64,000 nucleotides of DNA, taken from contig CM059425.1 of the NCBI GenBank assembly GCA_030390025.1, positions 169,386,001 through 169,450,000 on the forward strand, written 5' to 3'. Shown here piece after piece: positions 38,307 through 50,759 of this stretch. Positions within the stretch are counted from its first letter, which is position 1; the number at the start of each line of letters is the position of its first letter. The notes beneath the pieces were generated by a model that saw only the letters and a program-made list of their open reading frames with translations, had not been told where the DNA came from and made no database searches. This stretch comes from Squalus acanthias (lineage: Eukaryota). The position numbers and the translations under genes are program-made.

Positions 38307-39152
38307 GGGGGGAATTTTGCCAGCCCTGGGGAGGCGGGTATGGAAGCGGGACTGCCGGGAAAATGGCAGAAACTGGGAGCGGGTACCGAACCCGCTCCCA
38401 ACCCGCCTCCATGCCATCTTCCCGGGAGGCGGGTCCCCGACTCGCGCAGGGCCCCGACTCCTCGAGGCGGGAAGGGGATTACAGCCAATTAACTGCCTGT
38501 TAACAGGTAGTTAACAGGCAGTTAAGAGGATTTTCCCGATTTTACCCACACAAGTGCGGGTTTCCCGACGGCTGCGAACCTCACCAGGGTCAGCGAGGCG
38601 AGCAGTGGGTCTGCGGGAGTGAGAGGGGTCGAAAAGTGCGCTGTGGAGGTGAGTGATGGGTGCAAGTGTGGAGAGGTAAGTATGGGAGGTGAGTGTAAAG
38701 TGATAGAAAAAGTTTACTTACCTTTGCTTCTTCCTGCAGCCTTCAAACCTTGGGGATCCAGAGGCTCCTCATTCTCAATGGCAGAGATGACAGAATGGCT
38801 GCTGCATTCACCAATGCAGCAGCCATCTGATTTCTGCTAAGGAAAGACGTTTCGTGAGTCTTCAGTACAAGGACTTACCAAAGAACAGATATTGTCAGTG
38901 TTTGACAGCTTCTCAAAGCTGTCAAATGCTGACAATTCATCTGTCAAAAACTTTTGACAGATGAAATGTCATATGCTGACGTCCTCTGTCACCAGCTTTC
39001 CCTTAATTGGCCTGCTAAGCCTGCAGGACAGACTTAACAAGGTCAATCAAGGGAAAATAGCGTGGGTTGGCCGGACGTCATTGGAGGCGGGACTGAAACC
39101 CGACAACCAGCAGTCCCGCCCCCAATGCGTCCCCATTGATAAAATCCAGCCC
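38307..39152 (+). mobile_element. Harbinger-type MITE family E, copy 2 (complete)
   Basis: Ends GGGGGGAATTTT / AAAATCCAGCCC, TTT TSD, internal palindromes at 38489-38525 and 38931-38971. Confidence 0.92.
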
Positions 39153-40905
39153 TTTGTTGCAGTTATACTACCACTTTCACATCATGAAGTGGTTTTGGTT
39201 GCATATCAAGATGAAAATGGTAGCATAACTGATTTGATTCCAGAATGGATTTATACCAAGTGGTGTGAGATCTCTTTGGAGAGACCACCTTCAGACTGGT
39301 TGTGCTGGACACCAGGTGATGTATAACTTCAGTGTAGTGTGAAGCCAAGTTTAAAGAATGCTCAGGGAGTCCGTTGGATCTCCTGGACTTTTTATTTTAC
39401 AATTATTGCACAATCTTTTTAATGTTACGAGAAAGCAAATACTCATTCATGCCTGTTCTTTCCTAACTTTAAAACATAACTGTTGGTAGAGTGGAGAGCT
39501 GGATATGTACGTAAACGTGCATCTGCAGAGCTAACTCTTGGCAGGCAGAGTACGATTCTCAGCCCAAAGCAAGTCATGGGTGCTGCTGACTGTCCTTTGC
39601 GTGCTACAGCATTGGTCTCAAGTTGGTAGTGGAGTGAACCTGCACCCACTGAGGCCAATTGTAGTGTTCCCACTGCTGCTTTCCTGAGATCAGAAAATTC
39701 ACCACAGACTAGGAACCAAACTTAAAGCCTCTTGGGCTATTTGGCTCTGTACTACACTGTATGGTCTGTTTACCCACTGAGCCATCAGGAAACTCTTTGG
39801 TTTGAATTTCATGTACTGTATATTGTGGCAAGCATTCAGAGGCTTAAAATAATCTGCCAGTGGGTCATTAAGCAAAGGCTGTAATACCCTTTGTAATAGT
39901 GTGGGAAAATGCTAATCAATTATACTACAACAGTGACTTTTTAGATTAAATTATATTTAGATCACAAAACCAGTCAACATTTCCAATAGAATTCGTTAAC
40001 AGTATACTGCATACTTGAAGATGATAAGCACATGCCGAATATTCTGACTGCAGACACAAGTTAGCCCTGGGTATTGGTAAGTTTTTGGCTTTGCAGTAAT
40101 TTTACTGACCTTGGAGGAAGCACACAGTTGGGCAAAACAACCCCTCCAGTTCTTTGGAGCTTAGCTGTAACACTCAGATGTGTTTTAACTTCTGAAATAA
40201 AGGCTCATGACGCCACATGTGAAAATAAACAGACTGCCGTGATGTCGGCAAAGGAAGCAACTGGCACAAGCTGCAGCTGGCCACACTAGAAGGAAGCTTC
40301 CACATCCCACTTTCCCAGAGGCACCAGCACTTGTTTATTGCTGGCTTACTCAAAGGAAATAATTTTCACACAAATCTAGCATGAAACTTGACGTCAAAAA
40401 AGTTGGCTGCAAGAACTGTAATCTTTCTCATTGTCCATTATTATTTTCTCACATTTTTTTCCAAAATATCAATGTGTAACACCAAGTACAAATATCTTTT
40501 TTTACAGTTTGTCAAATCTCTTTACTAAAATGCTCCACCTGATCTGAAGACACTGGGGGTAATTTTTAACTTCACCACCTGGGTGGTCACCTGGCAGAAT
40601 GGACCTGCCCGCGGTTGAACCGTCCGATGGGGCTCATTTTCAACTTCATTGACTGGGCAGTAACCTGGCAGAGCGAATCACCAATGGAATGGAAATCGGG
40701 CGGATTCTCCAATAGGTGGGCGATCCGATCTGCCGGATTGGGGAAAGGTTGTTCCCACTAGTTGATGGTACAAGGACTAGGGGACACAGATTTAAGGTTT
40801 TGGGCAAGAGATACAGGGGGGATGTAAGGAAAAACTTTTTTACGCAGCGAGTGGTGAGGACCTGGAACTCGCTACTGACGGAAGTGGTGGAAGCGGAGAC
40901 ACTCA

Positions 40906-41562
40906 GGTCTAAACATTGCGCCTGGGCGCAGCGCTGCCAGCGCTTCCCGCGAAATTCAGCGGGAGGTTAGTGGCGGCAGTAACCGTTAGCGCCCTGCGTC
41001 ATCGCCGTGCGCAGCGCCCCACTCACGCCCCGACCGTGATCTTCGGTAGCATCCCCTGACTGACCGCCGGACGCTATGTCCGACGGGGTCAGGGGGGCCT
41101 TCCTGCGGCCGGGGCGGCGCTAATTAAAGGGGAGGTGCCAGGTGGCCACTTTTGTTGCTGGTCGCCTGCGAGCACCTGCCCCTGTTGCCGTCCCCGGCCT
41201 CCTGACCAGCCCCCCTGCGGAGTGACGGCTGCGCTCCGTGAGCCCAGCACTTCTCTTGAGTGCCGGGCTCTTTAGCCAGCACTCCGATCCCTGGTGGCCC
41301 AGCTGGGCCCCGGGTCACGCTACACAAGGCCCCTTCCCTTTAAGAAGGGGAGGAAGGCCTGCAGTACCGTGGCACATCGTGCCGTGATATTCACTCGCAG
41401 CGCCCCAAGAGGGAAGCAGGGTGCTTCCAGTAGCACCCCGCTTCCCTCTTGGGGCGCTACTGATGAATTTCAGCTGTGGGGGTGCTAATTTTTTTGGGGT
41501 GCTACAAGTAGCGCCCCGGCGAAGTTAGTGCCCCAAAGGGGGCGCGACTCAATTATTCCCCC
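40906..41562 (-). mobile_element. Harbinger MITE, inverted diverged copy of 6265-7037
   Basis: TCA TSD, right end gcgcgactcaattattccccc, internal homology to 6265-7037. Confidence 0.88.
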
Positions 41563-42075
41563 TCAATGTTTTCAAGGGGAAACTGGATAGGCACTTGAGG
41601 GAAATAAACTTGCAGGGCTATGGGGATATGGCGGGGGAATGGGACTGACTGGATTGCTCTACAGAGAGCCGGCACGGACTCGATGGGCCGAATGGCTTCC
41701 TTCTGTGCCGTTATGACGCTATGGGGTAGAAATTAGGTCGCGCCCCATTTGGGGCGCAAATATCGTCTGGACGCAAATATTAGCGCCTGGCGCTAATTAT
41801 CGGCACTGACTGGAAACTTCACTTTTACCGCCCCGGGAGGTGAGTGGAGCGCTAAAGCAGGCGCTGCACACCTGTCTTAAGGCGCAAAGACCAAGGAGTG
41901 AGGCGCTAACTCAGCGCGCGAGCGCAGCGCAGCTGCTGCCAGTTAGCGAGGGAACACAGACACACTGGCGCCGGCCACTTCTTAAAGCGGGGGGGGCCAC
42001 TTGCTCCCCAGCCACACCCTGCTCATTGCAGCCTTGAATCTCGGCCTGGAGAGACCTGTGAATCCATTTTGCTGC

Positions 42076-43952
42076 ATGGAGAGGGTGAGAGAACGCGCTC
42101 ATCGCTTCACCGAGCGGGCCTTGGATGCTCTGGTTGGCGCGGTGGAGCGCAGACGATGTATGCTCTTCCCTGAGAGTGGCAGGAGGCTTTTGCCACGCGA
42201 GTTCAGAAGAGTGTGGAGGGAGGTGGCTCAGAGCGTCTCCTCCAGGAGCATGGTGCCCAGGACCCACACTCAATGCCGCAAAAAGTTCAACGACCTCACT
42301 CGGGTCGTCAGGGTGAGTGGCTTTTTCTCAATACCTCTCCATCCCTCCATCTCAACCTCACTCTATGGCCAGAGGGTCTTAAAACCCCAATGCACAACAC
42401 TCATCCAACACCTATGGCCCTTTCATCAAACACACACACACATTCCACACTTTGCATACAGTAAGGGCTATTCACCTATGGGAGGCACATCAGGCAACAC
42501 CATGGCTGCATACAGTAAGGGCTATTCACCTATGGGAGGCACATCAGGCAACACCATGGCTGCATACAGTAAGGGCTATTCACCTATGGGAGGCACATCA
42601 GGCAAGACCATGGCTGTATATTTACTCAGATGCTGTCCTTTTTCTTGCAGGCCAAGCTGGCTCATAATAGGAGACAGCAGCAACGGACAGGTGGAGGGCG
42701 GCCTCAGCTGCAACCCCTCAGCGATCTTGAGGAGCGCGTCCACAGGATTGTGGCAAGCCGGGTGATCGGTCCCGTCGCCACTGGAGACGCCGACCCCGTT
42801 CTGGACAGCAATGGTAAGGTCATCACCTTTTTGTCCTCTGTCCTTCCACTTGTCCCTCACAACACCAGCCTTTGACACTTTCAATCCAACTTGCTAACTC
42901 GCTGCACTTATTCCTCCCTTACTGCCACCCTGTCCTCATGCTAAAGCCACTCTTGTACCTCCCTGCTTTCAGATGGTGATTCACCAGCTGAGGAGACGGG
43001 CCCTGAAGCTGCCACTGGGAGTGATGCTGCAGCTGAGGAGGAAGAGGAAGCCAGAGCATCAGTGCCACCCTCTCCCGAGGAAGCCCATGCCCACACTGGG
43101 AACACGCCTTCCCCGGAGGGGAGCAGGGGGGAAGGGGCTGATGAGGGTGAAGCTCCAGGACCCAGCGGGCTGCAGCAACGCCATGGGGGGGGTAGGGAAG
43201 AACGGGGGCCTTCTCCCCAGAGGGAGAGTATGTCAGACACTCCTACTGCAATGGACGCAGAGGAGGAGCGGCTGATCGCAGAAATGAACACCCAGGCGGT
43301 GGGCATGCACACTGAGCTCATGGGTGCAGTGGGAAGGGTGCCCGAATGCATTGAGGCACTGGCAAGGAGTGTGGAGCACTTCGCTGTAGCACAGGCGGAT
43401 GCCACACTAACGCTTAGTGCTGCAATTCAGTCACTGGCTGCCGTGATCCCATCTCTGACTGCTCTCATACAGACTCAGATTGAGGCCACGCGAGCACAGA
43501 CTGCTGCCAACCTCGATGGTTCGTGCACATGTCCCCGGGGCTGTCACCGCGCCGCAGCAGGCCAGCAATCTGTTCTCCGGCAGATTGCTCCGGATGCTGA
43601 AGTGCTGCCCCGTGGGAGTGCCAGTGTGTCGGGCGAGCAGGGAGTTGCTGTCCTCTCTCACGATGACAGCATTCCTGCTGCCAACACTGTCACTTCTCCA
43701 CTGCACTTGCCACCGCCTGTAGGACAGACTGCTGCCGCCCATGCAGAGTTGGTGCAATCTGCAGCCGGGCCCTCCAGGCCCAGAAGTGGTCGAGGCCGTC
43801 CTTCAGGGGCATCTGCAGTGTCAGGGTCTGACGAGCAGCAGCCTTCCACCAGCCTTGCTGCAGCCACTGAGGTCCCATTACGGAGGAGCAGTAGGGTTAG
43901 AAGGGGGGAAGTGCGCAAGGGAAGGAGATCACCCTCGAAGGGCAAAAAGTAG
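42076..43952 (+). CDS. Harbinger Myb/SANT-like DNA-binding protein; predicted exons 42076-42312, 42651-42813, 42973-43952 (459 aa)
   Basis: MERVRERAHRFTERALDALV...WREVA...QCRKKFNDL | AKLAHNRRQQQRTGGG. Canonical GT-AG sites (gtgagt, ttgcag, gtaagg, tttcag) have consistent phases 0 and 1, and the joined frame is open. Confidence 0.85.
42453..42614 (+). repeat. 54-bp tandem repeat x3 in Myb intron 1
   Basis: Unit tgcatacagtaagggctattcacctatgggaggcacatcaggcaacaccatggc starts at 42453, 42507 and 42561. Confidence 0.95.
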
Positions 43953-44246
43953 GAGGTGTGACAAAATGCTGGTCATTTTTTTATTAAAGGCCGAGGTTCA
44001 TGGTCCAACTTTTGTTTAGTGTTTTGGACATTATCTCCAGGTTGTGAGAACCAGTTATGTTATTGACTGTTTTTTTGTGTTTATTTCTATGAGTTTGTCA
44101 TGAGGAATTGACGCACACAGAGTTTGTAAAATAAATAAGTTTCTGTATTCAAAATATACATGGTTGGTGGTTGGAATTATTGGTGCCTTGGCCGGCTTAG
44201 GGGTTGCGTGCTGGGTTCATTAATGTTGGTAGCAATGGCAGGGGCC

Positions 44247-45396
44247 CTAGAAGCGGCTTGCTATTAGCCATTGACGGACGGCCCTTGCAGTTTGACCATT
44301 GTGGGCCGCCCTCCTGCCTTGGTGCTGCTGATGATCATCATCCTCGTCCTCTTCCTCCTCTTCCTCCTCCTCCTCTGGTGGTGCTCCAAGGCCTGGTGGC
44401 ATTGGCTGGGTCCTGAGGATTGCCATGTTATGCAACATGCAGCACACGACTACGAAGTTCGATACTCGCTCAGGCGAGTACTGCAGGGCTCCTCCGGAAT
44501 GGTCCAGACAGCGGAACCGTTGTTTCAGCACGCTCAATAATGTTCCTGGTTGCTTGATGGCTCTCATTGTACCGCAGCTCAGCAGGGGTGTTGGGCGTAC
44601 GGAGCGGTATCATCAGCCAGGTGCTCAATGCATACCCCTTGTCCCCGAGAAGCCAACCAACTGGCTGATGCGGTGCCTCGAAAAGTTCTGCCACAGTAGT
44701 CTGGCGCAGGATAAAAGCATCGTGGCAGCTGCCAGGATACTGGGCATTGACAGCGAGTATCAGCTGTCTGTGGTCACAGACCAACTGGACATTCAAGGAA
44801 TGGAACCCCTTTCTGTTCCTGAATTCCTCGGCATTCTCACGTGGAGCACGCAAAGCCACATGCGTGCAGTCAATGGTGCCCTGCACCATGGGGAAGCCCG
44901 CTACCCTCGCAAAGCCCAGAGCGCGGTCACGCTGCTTGTCTGGGGTCATGGGGAAAGAGATGAACTCTCGTCTCCTTCTGAAGAGGGCATTTGTGACCTG
45001 CCGGATGCAGCAATGCACCGCGAACTGGGAGATATTGGCGAGGTCCCCAGCAGCAGCTTGGAATGAGCCAGTGGCGTAAAAGTTCAAAGCCACTGTGACC
45101 TTCACTGCCACCGACAGAGACGTCCTGGACCTCAGTTGAGGCTGCAGATCTGGCTGCAGCAGGTGGCAGAGCTCAGTGACCACCTCCTTGCTGAATCGCA
45201 GCCTTCGCAAACACAGCTCCTCGGACATATGGATGTAGGAGAGCTGTTCACGATATACCCTGGGAGGGTAAGCTCTCCTGTACATACGCCTGATGGCCCT
45301 CCTCCGTCTGGCCATCATTGCCAGTCTCTCTCTGCGTCTCTGTATCCTCCGATTCAGCTGGAGCAGGACGACGCCCCCAATCAGTGCAGCCCCCAT
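44247..45396 (-). pseudogene. HARBI1-like DDE transposase with one frameshift near 44530
   Basis: ORF 44470-45465 (likely ATG 45396) contains IDCTH, GDKGY and RNIIE. It continues in ORF 44247-44567 with VLKQRFRCLD...CCMLHN. Confidence 0.93.
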
Positions 45397-47319
45397 TGTC
45401 TCTTTGCAAGCAAAGTAATGAAGGACAGCAACTAAAGTAGCAGCAAAGTTAGGATCAATAGGCAAAACTACCTCACAAAGCGTTGAGTCAATGTAGAAGT
45501 CTCTCTCTCTCTCCGAATCTCTCTCTCTCTCTCAGAACGAGTGGTGCATAAATGTCGACCACAGAAAAAGACAGGAAGAGGCCCCCTTTAAATAGCGCCC
45601 CCCCCAGCCCCACAGCGATTGATAGCGTTCCAGTCTTCCGGTCGTTGGAAGCGCCAGGCGGTAAGGCAGGGGGCGCCACTCAATTTCCGCTCCGGGGCGC
45701 CACAAGGGCGTTGCACCATGGAATGACGTCACAATCTGCGCGCGCAGGTGGTCGCAGCGGTAAGTTTTAGCGCCGCCGCACAATGTCAAGTTAAGTTCTC
45801 GAGCGGCGCAAACATCGCTGCGCCTGGGCGTTAGCGGCTTTGCGCCCCATTAGCGCCCTCTTAAGGCGCTAACGGGAGGCGCAACCAACTGAATTTTTAC
45901 CCCTATGACTCAATGACTGCCCAGGTGGTGATGGTAAAAATGACCTCCATGTATTTCATATAACTGCTGAGCATCATTAATTTAACAATTTTAAAATTGT
46001 CCAAAGAAGCACAGAAAGGAGAAAGGATTTCAAGAAGAGCATTAGAGGCCAGTGTCTTTTATTTATGTCTTTTATGTGCATTTTCCCCTCACTTCTGTTC
46101 CCGCACATGGCCCCAGACAGTGTATAGTATTAGTTTTTCCATTACCATTGCCGGTATTAATCTGGGATCTTGGATGCAGGCTTCTCCAAGACTCATGGCA
46201 GTGCTGGTTTGGGACCTGCTGATATTGAAGTAGGGCTTGTGGCAAGACAAGATAGGTAACATCGCAGGGTTTGCTCTCCCTTTAGGTAGCATGTTCACTG
46301 CCACTAAACATCTCAACCTGACAAAGCTCTACACTCACACTCTCTAATTAACAAAGCCCTACAGAATGAAAGTGGCAGATTTAAGCATCAAGCTGCCCCA
46401 GACTGAAATCCTTATCCATTTAGCTGAAAGGTAATTATCTTCACAGCGATCATTTTGGCTGTTACTGGCTTACCAGGGAAAGACATTTTGAATTAAATTG
46501 GGTTTCAGATTCTGATTTCAACTCTCAAAGTTTAGATTGTCCAAAAAATTGCCAGTTTTCTGCATATTATTTAATTGATAGTTTTGGATAATTTAAGAAT
46601 TCTCTGGGTCTGTTTTTAATACATGCTAAAAATTTACACTAGTAGTGCTGAGCAGAACACTGAGATTATAATTGTTAGGGTTGATAAACTGGCAAAATTC
46701 TCTTTGCAACATGAGCTGTTTGGCTTTAAGGAGGCAAAGCCGCAAAATGCCATTATTTTGCGTGTCACAACTACTTTATGTACAAACTGAATGAAAAATG
46801 AAGGCAAATTGACATCAGTGGTAGTGCACAGTAGACTGTTTATAGTGGTCTTTGGCAGCTATATATAAAGCAGATTCAACACCGGGCATACTATGTTGTT
46901 TATCTATAATAATGAGCTATGAACGGTGTACTTTATATCAGTGTGTTATTGTATAACCATGAAGAACTCATGGCACTGTTAATGAGCCATTGCTATGACA
47001 AATGTCCAGCTTCATGCCAGACCTTCCTATTTTAAAGCAGCCACGTGCTACCCTCTATCTGATATGTAGACAGCACCACAGGCCTGTCAGAAGCCTTTCA
47101 ATGCTATTTTTCTAAAGTTGAATAATGCTATGCTTGATTGCCTTTGGAGGCCAAGGAAAATGTTTACAGAGGCTTATCTGAGATTATTCTCTTTCTTTCC
47201 TCAGGAGAGTAAATAATTTGAGTAGAGTCAATGATAGTACAAATTGCTTTGTGGAAGGAGAGGGCTTGATGGGACAAATGCACTTTTCTTGTTCCATGTT
47301 GTCTTCTCTCCTAATAGAA

Positions 47320-47512
47320 TTCATGCCTCTCCTTTTGCCCCACCATTGACAGTTGTGCCTTCTCCTCCTTTAAAAACCCTCCTTAAAACCCACCTCTTTG
47401 ACCAAGCTATTGATCATCTTATCTCCATCTTAGGCTCAGTATCTTTTTTCTCCCCTTATGCCTCTGTGAAGTGGCTTGAAGTGAAAGGCATTTATAAATA
47501 AAGTTGTTGTTG
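47320..47512 (+). mobile_element. L2 3' end remnant
   Basis: ctccttaaaacccacctctttgaccaagct ... ataaataaagttgttgttg. Confidence 0.7.
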
Positions 47513-47682
47513 AGTAGCTTGAACAGCATGTACTGTGAAGGAAGGCTATATTCGAACTAGCCTCTTTTTCAAACTCTTTAAATCATTTTTAAAATACAGA
47601 ATACTGCCAGCCACTTTACCGTCTGGATACACATGTGTATGTTTACGAGCATAGAGACTATAAATATATGCATGAATCCTAA

Positions 47683-48100
47683 GGGTACATTTACACTTAA
47701 AGTTAAGCATTAGTGCAAAGCGATTTCCGCTTTGCAGCAACACTAAACCTGCAATGTAAATTTAGAGTGACTCCACAAAGGACAGGAGTGAGACTCCCCG
47801 GAGGCAGCAGTCTCACACTGCTTCAGTTTCACACCACATGGAGTAAATCCAATGTGGTGTCAAAGCTGGTTTGCAAAGTGCTCAGCACCTTGGCTCAAAT
47901 GTTTAGAGAGTAAGTACTCTCCCCTCCCTGCTCGCTAAACATTTAAGTTTTTACCTTCTGGGAGAGCACTTTGCACATGGCTGGATACAAACATGTGCAG
48001 CGCTCTCTCTTAAACAAGACAGTTATGGTTCCAGCCGGGCAGGAGCCAAGTAAAGTAAACACTGGTCTGCTGGGCTGGAACCTGAACTGTATCTGTTGCT
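47683..48100. other. Multi-hairpin element (old MITE or structured RNA, unresolved)
   Basis: At least six perfect 8-12 bp inverted repeats within about 400 bp. The left end ctaa-gggtacatttacact looks TIR-like. Confidence 0.5.
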
Positions 48101-49037
48101 CTTAGACTGGCCATAGATGTATATATCTGACAAAAATGTGGATATAGTAATACAATCTTTACCTGCATATCAATACTGTTTTGAAACATAAATAGGGATA
48201 TTGGAAAGAATATTAGGGATTCTAATTTCCTCTGGTAGTATACTGGTTACATTCATATAAAATTACTTCACCTGCAATTGTAATGTTGTTAGTGTGTTTA
48301 TTTTAAATGGGCTAATGACTGCACTAAAATGGTGCACAAAGGAATTTTATAGGAACGAGTTACCCAATGTGTTACTAGAGAAAAGTAAAACCCTCCTGCA
48401 AACATTTAAGAAAGCACAATTGTCTTCATAATTTACAGTAAAGATTTGCTAAATGGTCACGGTGCATAATATCACTCCCAAGTTTTGAGTTGAAAAGCTT
48501 TTCAAAAGCAGTCTCCTATAGTTTGTTGGGTCATTTTAACTGTGAGGAGCAGACCTTTGTATTAGGACTTGTAAAGCTGCTTATAATGTACAAGAGAAAT
48601 TCTATAGATAAGAGAAAAAAGTAAGTCATAGCAGCAGCAAAGGGCAGTTTTTACTTTACAGAAATTTGGTTAAAACTGCATTTTTCTTTAGAAATTCTAA
48701 TTTTATTTTCCATCATTCTTCCAATTTTTTTAATAAAATTCTATAAAAATTCAACAGCAAGAATTTTTCAACAGTTGTGAGAAATTAAAATTTGAAAATA
48801 TTTTGAAATAAACTGTGATATCTTCACAGAATGGTCGGGACACACTTGAAGTATTAGGGAGAATTTTAATGTAAAAACTGAAGTTTGGATTAAAAAGATG
48901 ATGCATATAAATAGGAGAAAAATGTGTTTAATCTTGAAATGTCTAACTTTGCTATGGACAAATACACCTAAATGTAGCAATGCCAAGTAAATAGGCCAGC
49001 TGAGATTAGTGTCCTCTCCCAACCCTATAGGCACATA

Positions 49038-50759
49038 GGCCGCGATTTTACGAACCTCGGCGGGTCCCTGACGGGCGATGTCGGTGGCAGGTCACGACCC
49101 CACTCCTGTCTCCATCCCAGCCTCTGAAATGAATTTCCCCTGATTGGGCTTGTTAAGCCCGCCCAGCGCGTTTCCCGGCCAATTAGAGGAAGCGGGTCTG
49201 GTGACATCATTTGATGACGCGTCATCAGCCAGTTTCCTTAAAGGGACCATGTCCAACTTTATTTTGACATTTGTGCTGTCAGTGTTCTGCAGCATTGAGG
49301 TGCTGCAAACACTGACAAGCACTGCACAGAGGTGCACGGCTGCATCCAGGCTCTTCCATGACTCCCGTCACAGCACGCAGGGAGGTCCTCTTCCCTTCCC
49401 ATGGGCGGAAGAGACCTCCCCAGGAGATCAACACAGCCTGGTTGCACATTGAAGAGGGGGTCACAAGCAGGGATGTGGTCAGGAGGATCTGGGTGCAGTG
49501 CTGCAAGTGTTTGAATGATCTCAGTAGATCACGAAACGTTAGTACAAAGCCACACTCAACCTCAACCTGCTGTGCCTCTCATCACATCCCCATCACTCTG
49601 CCTTCCCTACCCTACTCCAGCATATCCTTACTCACACCAACTTACCTTGCACCTCCACCCATTCCTCTATCTATATTATCACATCCCCATCTCACTAGCC
49701 ACCCCTCACACTCACCCTCATCCTAGTACAATCATACCAACTAACAACACACAAGGGTAGGCACTTGGGTGTTTTATGCAATGTTCATCTAAAGTTTCTG
49801 TTAATGTGGTGTCAAACATTGAAACCTTTATTTTCAACACTTTGCGTTCTTGGACAGATTTGTGTGCACCTTTGGAAGTGGCTTAGTGAGTTGCAGTGAA
49901 TGGTGAGACATAACGGTACCCCCCACAATGGTGATGAGTGTGAAAGGAATGGCTTGGGCATTGTATGGATTCTTTATGTTGTTGGTGTGGGGTGGTGCCA
50001 ACCTGGTGCATCATGTGGCAGCCATATAGGTGTACAGCGTCAAGTGAAGTAAATCTGGCCATGGTGAGGCCATCCCTGGCCTGCCGGGCAGCAATGTGGT
50101 CGGGTGCTGATGCCCTGTGTCCTGTGCAGCATCAGGTGATTGCGGAGAAGGTTGGTGGTGTTGTTGTTGGTGCTATTGGTGTGCCTGGTGCTGCTGGTGT
50201 TGGGGCTGATCGTGGTGGGATTCTGAGGACCAAGGTGAGAGAGTATAAAGGGCACCGATGCTGATGGAATAGATGGCAGGTGAAGTAGAGATGACAGAAG
50301 CGATCTGTCAATGGTGAGAGAGGTAATGAGGTCAGACTGGATGAAGACTTTTGTAAAGACTTGCAGCATGGTGAATCTGTTGTGGAAATGCAGTGAGGAA
50401 GAGCTTGTGGCTGAGGGAAGATATCTCTGTAAGGTGGGAGCTTTTACTGTACATTTGAAGCTGTCAACTCAACAGCTGATTCAATGGCCACTGAACTCCC
50501 ACCTCAGCTTGACAGACGTGGTCCACGACCAGCGTGGACCCTGTGGGCGAGCTGTCAAATGCAGAAGGTGAGCTGAAATTCATTCTTAAGTGGCTCTAAA
50601 CAAGCCACTAATTACCTGCTTAGTGCTGACAGACCCGACATTAGGGAAAGGCGCGTGGCGGCGGGTTCACAGCGGGGTCCCGACCCGCTGGGGATAAAAA
50701 ATATTTCCCACCCGACCCGCCACTGATCGCACCTGCTGACCCCCCGGAAAATCCAGCCC
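49038..50759. mobile_element. Non-autonomous Harbinger, inverted copy of 22870-24631
   Basis: Ends GGCCGCGATTTTACG / CGGAAAATCCAGCCC, ATA TSD, inserted in a CR1 tail repeat. Confidence 0.93.

Larger units (their letters stand above)
41723..45903. mobile_element. Full-length two-gene Harbinger (family B), 4181 bp, nearly intact
   Basis: TIRs GGGGTAGAAATT / AATTTTTACCCC, TAT TSD, convergent Myb (+) and transposase (-) genes, CpG-rich ends. Confidence 0.97.
40740..45918 (+). mobile_element. CR1 3' fragment in three pieces (40740-40905, 41563-41722, 45904-45918)
   Basis: ERLFPLVDGTRTRGHRFKV...FFTQRVVRTWNSL resumes after 41562. The tatgac tail resumes after 45903. Confidence 0.88.
40555..45948. 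mobile_element. Old small MITE split by nested insertions (own sequence ~40555-40739 and ~45918-45948)
   Basis: gggggtaatttttaacttcaccacctggg pairs with the rc of cccaggtggtgatggtaaaaatgacctcc. TSD not resolved. Confidence 0.7.

Noticed and set aside
42453..42614. Direct repeats as a CRISPR array
   Set aside because: The units are head-to-tail with no unique spacers, sit in a eukaryotic intron, and no cas genes are present.
44470..44567. Programmed frameshift in the transposase
   Set aside because: There is no slippery site, and the conserved residues (QTIG) are missing, which indicates a deletion.
44247..45396. Host HARBI1 or NAIF1 genes
   Set aside because: The genes lie inside TIRs and a TSD and have several decayed paralogues in the window, so they are transposon copies. 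No gene symbols were assigned.
22870..50759. Second inversion between inverted copies 22870-24631 and 49038-50759
   Set aside because: Each copy has its own matching TSD (GAG/GAG and ATA/ATA).
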